64,000 nt of DNA from an uncultured Clostridia bacterium (GTDB lineage Bacteria > Bacillota > Clostridia > Christensenellales > UBA1242). Under the pieces are notes generated by a model, which saw nothing but the letters and a program-made list of their open reading frames with translations, did no database searches and was not told where the DNA came from. The stretch is from assembly GCA_944350265.1 (NCBI GenBank), contig CALVOG010000001.1, positions 149,470-213,469 on the forward strand, given 5' to 3'. The translations under genes were made by a program, and so were the position numbers. Of the stretch, positions 8,058 through 15,464 are shown piece after piece. Each line of letters opens with the position of its first letter. Within the stretch, counting starts at the first letter, position 1.

Positions 8058-11000
8058 TTAACCAATTTTTTGTTTCTTTTTTGATTTTTTAAGAGATAAA
8101 ATGATGATGCTGACAACCATAGCGAAAAGCGCAAGGCACATCATAACAAAGAGGATGAGTCTTATGCCCTCGAAAAGTCCCTCGCCTTCTTTTTCGAACT
8201 GCACAAAAATCTCGGTGTCGCAGGTTATGCTCGAAAGCGCAACTAAGCCATTTTCGCTCTCCACTTTTTTGCCGTTGACGTAAACCGCTTTCACCTCGTA
8301 GCCCTCTTGCGCCTCGATTGGCACGATTAAACTTTCACCGTAATCCACGCGTTTACTGCTTTGCCCCGACGTCACTCCGCCCGCGCCGTAATTAATGGTG
8401 ACAACAAAAGATTTTTTTTGCGTTCCAATGCTAACGATGTGGTCGCTAAGAACATTCTCAATGGTGTAAGTGTTTTGCAAAGTTTGGCGAACGCCGTCAA
8501 TCTCAACATACGTCACAAAATACGCATCTTCAACATCCACCGAAAAAGTGAAGGAGTTGTTTCTTTTAACAATCACAGTTTTGCCCAAAACTTCGCCGTC
8601 ACATAGCGCCGTGGCGCCCTCAGCAAGCGAAAAACTAACGTCAAACTCCTCAATCGGCAAAACGGACGCATCGATGGATAGGTTTTCGCTTATATCGCTA
8701 ATTGTGAAACTGCCGTTTATAATTTCCACGCTTTCGCCGTTAGCCGTAACTGAAGAGATGTAGTAACTAGCCTTAGGTTCAACAACAATTTCGTAAGTTA
8801 AATCGCCGTAAAGTTTAAAGCCGTTTTCCGCTTTCATATTGTCGATATACACATCAAATTCGCCGTCATTGACGCTTAAAACATACTCCTCTTCGCCACC
8901 TGTAAGCACAACCACACTTATAACATCGGTGGAAAGCATCTTGCCAAATTCGTCGTAGATGTATAATTTGAAAGAATAACTATCTGCCTGCAAATCTTTG
9001 AATGTAAAAGTAATTCTATACTCATCCTCGCCGACATTTTCAATTATGCTTTCAACTTCTTTGGTTGCAGTTGGATAGTCAAATAAATTCGACTGTTCAA
9101 GCCTATATAAGTAGTTATCTAAATCAAATTTTGGAGCGTAGAAGTGAAATTCAACCGTCGCCTCGCCCGAACTTTTGTAGGCCACGCGTGTTGGATATCT
9201 CTCCAAAAAGCGCATATCCAAATTGACATATTCGTCGGCATAATCTTTCAAACGTTCTTCGAAATTGCTGGAAGAATAGGCGTAAATCGTCTTTGCCTTA
9301 AAGTATGAATCTTCAAAAGTTGTTAGGTTTGCGCCAAGAGTTAGCGAATTTAGCGCTAAATCGTCAAACGCGCCTTCTTTTATTGTTGTTGCATATGAAA
9401 GGTCGAGGTCGGTGAGTTTTTGGCAACCTTTGAAGGCATAATTTCCAATCGTATATGCGTTCTCAAGCATAACAGTTTCTAAGGCTACGCAATCGGCAAA
9501 AGCGTAACTGCCAACCATTCGAACGCCCTCACCTTTCACCGATTTAAGCGAAGAAAGCCCGTAAAAAGCGTAGTCACAAATTTGCAAACACGAAGAGCCA
9601 AATGTCACATTCTCCACCTTAGACTCAGCAAAGGCGTTGCTTTGAACACTGGTTATGGCGACCCCAGAAATCTCGTTCGGCACCGAAAGCGTTGTGAGCG
9701 AACCATTGTAACTTACAAGTGCGCCAGAGTATCCATTTCCGCTAACCACATAGCAACTTTCAAGGTCGATATGGTCGAAATAGTAAATTTTCGACGTGGT
9801 TTTACTTTTGGCAACAATGTTTCCGTCGTCAGCATAGACATACGCCACCGCAGTTACCTTGGTGGTCTTGCTTATCTCAATTGGCGAAAGATACTCATTC
9901 GACTCCTCGCTTGGTAAAGTTTCGTCGAGGGTGTAGTAGATTGTGTAGTCGCCGTCGTAGTCATATGATAATTCCAAGGTGATAGGCTCTTCCTTTTCGC
10001 CCTCTTCCACGCTGAACGTCACCTCGCCCAGCATTTCCACGCCAATGTTTGCAATGTTCACACATCCATAGCCGTAGTAGATATCTTTCCCCTCGTCGCC
10101 AAGGTCAATCGCATTTTCGAAAAGAAGGTTTTGAATTTCCTCGTTCGACATCGACGCGTATAGCGGGTTCGAAAGGAGGTTCGCAATCGACGCCGTCACG
10201 TGCGGAGCCGCCATTGATGTGCCAGGCAGTTCTTTATAGTGATTGATTCTTCCGTCGTTACTGTCACCGCCCACTTTGTATGAACTTTTAATATAACTGC
10301 CAGGCGCGCAAAGGTCAACCGTGGAGCCGTAGTTTGAATAATCTGCCACGCTAAGCCCGCCCTCAGCGGATGGATTTTCGTCGAGTGCCGAGACGGTGAT
10401 GACCTCCTTATCCATATTTGCTGGCGCGTTTGCCGATGTTTGATAATGGCTATTCCCCGCCGAAACCACCGCCATAATATTCGACGCATACGATTTTTCC
10501 ATTGCTTTTTCAAGCGACGAAACGCCCGTCACAGGCGAGCCGTCCTTCGATTCCACACCCAAACTCATATTTATTACGCGAATGTTTAGCCCAGAATTTT
10601 TGAGGCTGATGACATATTCAATCGCCGTCACAATCATTGCAATCGACCCAGTGCCGGTGCTTTTAAGCACTTTGCAAGGAATGAGAACGACGTTTGAAAG
10701 TGTTTGGTCAACAATTATTCCCGCGGTGTGCGAGCCGTGGCCCTCGTCGTCCTCAATATCGGTGGTGATGTTATCCTTATTACTCGACGTCACACCCACA
10801 AAATTCCTGCCATATGTGCTTGAATAACGCCCGGTCAAAAGTTCGTGCCGTGTGTTGACACCGCTGTCTAAAATCGGCACGTAGACGGTTTCAAGTTCGC
10901 TTTCGTCATAGTTTCGCGTGAGATATGAGAGATATTCGCCCACGCCCGTATACTTTGCGCCCCACGAAAGGAAGGTTTTTGTGGCGCTTGCCGAAACTTC

Positions 11001-12125
11001 GTCATTTCCTAACTCGCGCTCGGTGGAATTTGCTGAGGTTTTTGTTAAATTATCAGTTAAATTGATATTTTCGGCGCTTAAATTTTTTGCCGAATCTTCC
11101 GCTGTGTTACTTGTTTTCGTGTCTACCATATTTTGCGCAGTGGTAAGTGAGTTTGAAGAGAGATTTGCGGTGCTTGCTAAATTTTTCGCAGTGTCTACCT
11201 TTTCTGTGTCATTCAAAGAATTTAAAGACGAGCAGTCTGTTGAATTTTCCACAGAATTGTCTGCCGAATTGTCCAAACAGTCACTTTCAGCCACATTTTG
11301 AGTGTAACTTTCGCTGTAATAGACGCTGTCGTATGCAACCGATTCAACGTAAGAGAGGTTGCTATAATAGGAAAAAGCCTCGTCGGTCGCGCTACTAGAG
11401 GAGTATTGATAGATATGCCAGCCAAGCCCCTCGGCGTAGTCTTTCGTTTTATACGGCTTTAAATCGCCCTCGTAATAAACTATAATACGATTGGTGTAAA
11501 GTTTGGAAAGAATGTAGTTTTCCGCCGTTTCGGTGACAATATATTTCGTGTCATTAAGGTTAATAAACGCCCTGTTTTCGGTGCTTTCAGCCTTTTTTGA
11601 AGCTTCAATCGCACTCGCCGAGGCACTTTCGACGCCCACATCGCTCGCCTCACAAACATCACCACTTCTCGCAACATCACCCAACAAAACCTCACTGGTC
11701 GTGCTTACAGCCGAAAGAGCCTCGCCGTTCTCGCTCGTATTGTTATTGGAAGCGTTTTCTCCTTGCGCACTAATTTCGTCCGCATAAACAACATTTTCAG
11801 CAATAGAGGCGCTGTCAACAACGCCGTTAATCATATCCTCATTTAAACTCGAAGCCTCAACAAACACCTCTCCGTCTATTTCAATAGCGTCATTCTTGCT
11901 GATAACAACGCGTTCCTCTCGCACATCGCCGAATTTCGCGTATAACTCGCTAACCTGGTCATAAAACTCCTCAAATGTGCCAGAAGAATATATTGGGGTC
12001 AAATTAATTGCGCCTAAAAAACTCAAAAACGGCAACAAAATTATAACGGCAATGATAACGCAAAGCGCGCGCAAAAGTCCGCTAATTCCTATATTATATC
12101 TCTTTCTAACCCCAACATTCATCAT
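8058..12125 (-). CDS. cell-surface subtilisin-like (S8) serine protease with BspA-type leucine-rich repeats, Ig-like repeats and C-terminal TM anchor (about 1355 aa)
   Basis: Catalytic triad motifs ILDSGVN, HGSHTAG and GTSMAAPHV. LRR_5-like segment (AFADCVALETVMLENAYTIGNYAFKGCQKLTDLDL). C-terminal TM segment plus KKSKKKQK. Start set to MMNVGVRK (12125), which has a GAGGA RBS; the track ORF begins at 12212. Confidence 0.8.
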   Translation of the reverse strand: MMNVGVRKRYNIGISGLLRALCVIIAVIILLPFLSFLGAINLTPIYSSGTFEEFYDQVSELYAKFGDVREERVVISKNDAIEIDGEVFVEASSLNEDMINGVVDSASIAENVVYADEISAQGENASNNNTSENGEALSAVSTTSEVLLGDVARSGDVCEASDVGVESASASAIEASKKAESTENRAFINLNDTKYIVTETAENYILSKLYTNRIIVYYEGDLKPYKTKDYAEGLGWHIYQYSSSSATDEAFSYYSNLSYVESVAYDSVYYSESYTQNVAESDCLDNSADNSVENSTDCSSLNSLNDTEKVDTAKNLASTANLSSNSLTTAQNMVDTKTSNTAEDSAKNLSAENINLTDNLTKTSANSTERELGNDEVSASATKTFLSWGAKYTGVGEYLSYLTRNYDESELETVYVPILDSGVNTRHELLTGRYSSTYGRNFVGVTSSNKDNITTDIEDDEGHGSHTAGIIVDQTLSNVVLIPCKVLKSTGTGSIAMIVTAIEYVISLKNSGLNIRVINMSLGVESKDGSPVTGVSSLEKAMEKSYASNIMAVVSAGNSHYQTSANAPANMDKEVITVSALDENPSAEGGLSVADYSNYGSTVDLCAPGSYIKSSYKVGGDSNDGRINHYKELPGTSMAAPHVTASIANLLSNPLYASMSNEEIQNLLFENAIDLGDEGKDIYYGYGCVNIANIGVEMLGEVTFSVEEGEKEEPITLELSYDYDGDYTIYYTLDETLPSEESNEYLSPIEISKTTKVTAVAYVYADDGNIVAKSKTTSKIYYFDHIDLESCYVVSGNGYSGALVSYNGSLTTLSVPNEISGVAITSVQSNAFAESKVENVTFGSSCLQICDYAFYGLSSLKSVKGEGVRMVGSYAFADCVALETVMLENAYTIGNYAFKGCQKLTDLDLSYATTIKEGAFDDLALNSLTLGANLTTFEDSYFKAKTIYAYSSSNFEERLKDYADEYVNLDMRFLERYPTRVAYKSSGEATVEFHFYAPKFDLDNYLYRLEQSNLFDYPTATKEVESIIENVGEDEYRITFTFKDLQADSYSFKLYIYDEFGKMLSTDVISVVVLTGGEEEYVLSVNDGEFDVYIDNMKAENGFKLYGDLTYEIVVEPKASYYISSVTANGESVEIINGSFTISDISENLSIDASVLPIEEFDVSFSLAEGATALCDGEVLGKTVIVKRNNSFTFSVDVEDAYFVTYVEIDGVRQTLQNTYTIENVLSDHIVSIGTQKKSFVVTINYGAGGVTSGQSSKRVDYGESLIVPIEAQEGYEVKAVYVNGKKVESENGLVALSSITCDTEIFVQFEKEGEGLFEGIRLILFVMMCLALFAMVVSIIILSLKKSKKKQKIG

Positions 12126-12216
12126 AAAAATCCTCTTTAAAAATTTGTAGGTGACGCTGTTAAACTCTAAATGCTTGTTGCACAAGATATGGCTAAACAC
12201 GCGACATATCAATGTT

Positions 12217-12690
12217 ACCTAGCGTGCAGTATTGCCTCTACCGCTAGGACTGCCACCCTGTTTGTCATTCTGAGCGAAGCGAAGAATGGATGTAGGTGAC
12301 GCTGTCACATTCTAAGGTTTCGCGTGTTAGACGGTGTCGCTTAAACCGAAGGCTAGTTACTCTATCACCGCCCGCGAACGTCTAATCCATCTTCTTATTG
12401 TCGAAGCGGAAGAATGGACGTAGGTGACGCTGTCACATTCTAAGGTTTCGCGTGTTAGGCTGTGTCGCTTAACCAAAAACAATGCAGTTTAATGTCATTC
12501 TGAGCGAAGCGAAGAATCTCGTCGTAGCACCAGCCCGTGTATGTCTAATCTATCCTCTTTTTTTGTTGGCAAATTACAGCCAAACTTTAAACACTCATCT
12601 CATCCAAGCGCGCCTTTTTCAATGTATGTCTAATCCATCCTCTTTTCCCCAGCCAAACACGGCTTATATGTGCCAACAATCCCACACGCT
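12217..12690. repeat. mosaic intergenic repeat cluster L2 (W-X-Y-Z-X'-Y-X-Z chain)
   Basis: X at 12262-12295, Y (gtgacgctgtcacattctaaggtttcgcgtgttag...) at 12296-12365, Z at 12366-12390, partial X at 12399-12423, second Y at 12424, full X at 12492-12527, long Z at 12528-12615, and an extra Z fragment to 12667. Confidence 0.9.
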
Positions 12691-12947
12691 TATGTTTATA
12701 TATAATAACTTACATATATACATACATTAATATTATATCCCCCAAATCGAAAAAAATCAAACAAATCAATCGGTTTAATAAAAATTCCGTCATAGTTTTC
12801 TTATTTCTTCTTTCAAAATAATTTGAACTGAAGTAAAAATAGGAAAACAAAAAAATAATTTGAACTGTAAAATGAAATAAGAGTGAAGAGAGAAAAAAGA
12901 AAAAATAAGAGAACCAAAAAAATAATTCGAAGAACGAATTATTTTTT

Positions 12948-13075
12948 TGGTGCGGGCGGTGGGGGTCGCTCCGCGGATAGTAAGGCTTCGCTGGCTGTTC
13001 CGCTATCACGCCGGGGCGGGCGAACGCAAACACAGTTGCCTTCGCTACTCCGCCCGTTCGACCCGCTTACAAACT
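12948..13075 (-). repeat. tRNA-Leu 3'-end-derived 128-nt unit U1
   Basis: The first 21 nt (tggtgcgggcggtgggggtcg) are identical to tRNA-Leu positions 56-76 including ACCA. The remaining 107 nt are GC-rich and hairpin-forming. A hairpin terminator lies at 12916-12948. Confidence 0.85.
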
Positions 13076-13387
13076 TTAATAAAAAATAAAAAGTAAAAAA
13101 TAAGAGAACAAAAAAATAATTTGAAATTCAACCACACTCTTACATCGCTCTCCTTGTAAGAGAGTAGCGACCTACTCGCCAACGAAGTGCGAGTTGCGTT
13201 TGGTCGCTAAAAGAAAAAACAAGCGAAAAGGCGATGCAACGGAAGAAACGGCTCTTCATTTCAACTTTTGCCTTACGTCAAAAGTCTTACCATTCGTTTG
13301 TTTCTTCCTTATTCCAAAAAATGCGTAAAGCATTTTTCGGAGACCTAAACGCTTGTTCGAAAACGAGCAAAAGTGCAGTTTTTTCTT

Positions 13388-13515
13388 TGGTGCGGGCGGT
13401 GGGGGTCGCTCCGCGGATAGTTGGGCTTCGCTGGTGGTTCCGCTATCACGCCGGGGCGGGCGAACGCAAACACAGTTGCCTTCGCTACTCCGCCCGTTCG
13501 ACCCGCTTACAAACT
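13388..13515 (-). repeat. tRNA-Leu 3'-end-derived 128-nt unit U2
   Basis: Differs from U1 at 4 positions only (gtAAggc vs gtTGggc, ggCTgtt vs ggTGgtt). Lies 440 bp from U1 in the same orientation as the tRNA. Confidence 0.85.
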
Positions 13516-13516
13516 T

Positions 13517-13550
13517 AAATAAAAAAAGAAAGTTCCTCTTTTCAACTTTC
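13517..13550 (-). terminator. terminator of tRNA-Leu
   Basis: On the minus strand: GAAAGTT-gaaaagagg-AACTTTC followed by TTTTTTTATTT, starting 7 nt after the tRNA CCA end. Confidence 0.55.
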
Positions 13551-13556
13551 TTCGTT

Positions 13557-13638
13557 TGGTGCGGGCGGTGGGGGTCGAACCCACACTCTTTCGAACATGC
13601 CCCTTAAACATGCGCGTCTGCCATTCCGCCACGCCCGC
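13557..13638 (-). tRNA. tRNA-Leu, anticodon reads AAG (82 nt, CCA encoded)
   Basis: Hand fold. Acceptor GCGGGCG/CGCCCGC. Leu-type D arm GCGGAATGGCAGACGC. Anticodon stem CATGT/GCATG with loop TTAAGGG. Variable arm TTC-GAAA-GAG-T. T arm GTGGG-TTCGACC-CCCAC. Ends in ACCA. Confidence 0.85.
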
Positions 13639-13657
13639 ACAACATATTTGCTTTTCT

Positions 13658-13686
13658 ATTATATTAATTCCTACGAAAAAAGTCAA
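13658..13686 (-). promoter_or_regulatory. sigma-A promoter of tRNA-Leu
   Basis: Minus strand TTGACT, 17-nt spacer, TATAAT. The -10 ends about 20 nt upstream of the mature 5' end. Confidence 0.6.
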
Positions 13687-14320
13687 CAATTTTTGATAAA
13701 ATTATTAAATATTTTTGCGCAAAGTATAATTTTGCGTGGCTATGCGCGCTTGCATTATTAGAGAAGTTTGAATTTTTTAAAAGGAAAAAGCCCTGCCAAT
13801 TTATAGTATCTACATACGCAATAAAAAATGTGCATTAATAGAAGCGCGAATTTACGGAAATTAGCCCGACTTTTGAACGGTTTGAACAAAAGGCTCACGC
13901 TCCGTTTACAAAATGCACCAGTGATAAAGCACCTGCCTTATCAGCCATATGATATCACATCAATAAAGGCATAGTCAAGTAACGAAAACTTTTTTAGGAA
14001 TTTGCTAATTCTTTATTCACTAAAACGCGCCACCAACTCTAGTCTGTTTATAAACCAATAATAAAGTTCCACAAAAAAGATTTTTGCTTATTTTGTTAAA
14101 CTTTATTAACCTAAAACAATCTTCCTCTTTAAAATAAGAACATTCATCGGTAGATTGACTTTATGTTTCGAGATATTTGTAAATAAAAAAGCCTCGCCTA
14201 TGCCAGCGACAATTAATCATTAAACCAATCAACAATCTATTAAACGCCACAAAAGGATGGTAAATAATTATATAGAAAAATTATGACGTCACCGCGCCAT
14301 TAAATATTAAAGAAGATTTT

Positions 14321-14704
14321 TTACTTCTTGCTTTTCTTCTTATTTTTTTTGTTTGCCTCTTCAACAAGGTTATAATATTCGTCAAAAACCTTAACCGCAG
14401 TTGCCTCGTCCTGTTCTGGCACCAAAACTGTTGGACGCTTTGTTTCATCAGCAAGGAAAACGATGGCTTGGTCGTCCTCAACGCCCTCAAGTTTGTCGAT
14501 AGGCTTAAGAATCACATAGATTTTTTCGTTGTAAGGGATAACCGCAACCTGCTCAAAGCGGATTTGCCTCCCCTCCTCGTTTTGAAGAACAAGGTCCTCA
14601 TTGTTGTTTTCGTCCAAGATGACATCCAAGATGTCGAAATCGCTGAGTTCTTGTTCAACCTCGTTGGAGATTTCCTCCACCTTTTGCATTTTTTTCTTAT
14701 CCAT
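14321..14704 (-). CDS. DUF1292 (UPF0473) family protein
   Basis: Acidic 127-aa protein with the core RFEQVAVIPYNEKIYVILKP...DDQAIVF. It follows ruvX, as in Firmicutes yrrK-yrzB synteny. Confidence 0.75.
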   Translation of the reverse strand: MDKKKMQKVEEISNEVEQELSDFDILDVILDENNNEDLVLQNEEGRQIRFEQVAVIPYNEKIYVILKPIDKLEGVEDDQAIVFLADETKRPTVLVPEQDEATAVKVFDEYYNLVEEANKKNKKKSKK

Positions 14705-14713
14705 AACTCCTCC

Positions 14714-15133
14714 TTATTTTCTTCCATCCAAGAAATTTTGCAAAATTATTTGCGCGGAAACTTTGTCTAAAAGCGCCTTGCGTTTTTCCCAAGGGATGCG
14801 CGCCTCTTTCAAATATTCCTCCGCCTCAAATGATGTGTAGCGCTCATCTTGGTAGAAGATTTCAATTTGCGAAGCCTCAAAAAGTTTTTCGCCAAAATCT
14901 CTCACTTTTTGCGACATTTCGCTTTCGGTGCCGTCGGCATTAAGAGGTAAGCCAAGAACAATGTGGCGAACGTCCTTTTGGCGCGCATAATCAACCAAAA
15001 AGGCAAGGTCGTCTTTCTCACCTTTACATCTATAAATGCTGTCAGCGGACGCAATCGTCCCCGACAAATCGGAGAAAGCGATGCCAATCCTCGCATTGCC
15101 AAAGTCTAGCCCCATATACCTATCATATTGCAT
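14714..15133 (-). CDS. ruvX: Holliday junction resolvase-like pre-16S rRNA nuclease RuvX/YqgF
   Basis: MGLDFGNARIGIAFSD, IVLGLPLNADGTES, DERYTS. 139 aa. Confidence 0.9.
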   Translation of the reverse strand: MQYDRYMGLDFGNARIGIAFSDLSGTIASADSIYRCKGEKDDLAFLVDYARQKDVRHIVLGLPLNADGTESEMSQKVRDFGEKLFEASQIEIFYQDERYTSFEAEEYLKEARIPWEKRKALLDKVSAQIILQNFLDGRK

Positions 15134-15464
15134 ACTTCACCAATATTATTTTAAGACAAATAAAAAGAATAGTCAAACGATTTTTAAAACTTTCTAAAAT
15201 GGGAGTTGAAAAATTAAACCAAATTGCACTCGAATAGCAAAATAAGCAAAGCCAAATTGACTAAGCAAAGCCCTTCACTCTTAAGCCGATAAAATAACGT
15301 GGCACGCCTTATAATGTTAAAATTAAGGTTTAAATTTAATTTTTCCTCTTTTTCTCTTATTCGAAAAAAAACTCTAAAAATTTTGATTTTTGGTTAAAAA
15401 TTATTAAAAAATGCACTTTTTTTCACTTTTTTTGCGTTTTTTAAGGCTATTTTTTTAAATTTTT

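Noticed and set aside
12366-12376. The Z module start caccgcccgc is identical to the tRNA-Leu acceptor 3' strand, hinting that the whole repeat family is tRNA-derived
   Set aside because: It is only a 10-mer, GC-rich, and variable among Z copies (cacccgcccgc, caccagcccgc, cacaacccgcg). This is likely coincidence and I found no other tRNA-like parts in X, Y or Z.
12482-12730. Track ORFs translating the mosaic repeats (VILSEAKNLVVAPAR here; also 55926-56129, 28844-29029, 31134-31613 and 13234-13518)
   Set aside because: They span repeat modules and lack an RBS. The same peptide arises wherever the X module occurs, so these are translation artefacts of non-coding repeats.
12948-13075. The U units as genuine tRNA or tmRNA genes
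   Set aside because: Only the last 21 nt match a tRNA. They have no D arm, anticodon arm or intact T arm (the T-stem 5' half is replaced), and no tmRNA tag or pseudoknot features.
12883-13089. ORFs across the tRNA-like units (FGAGGGGRSADS..., also 13353-13607 and 12710-13033)
   Set aside because: Two copies give the same peptide only because the DNA repeat is duplicated. There is no start context, and one of these ORFs runs into the tRNA gene.
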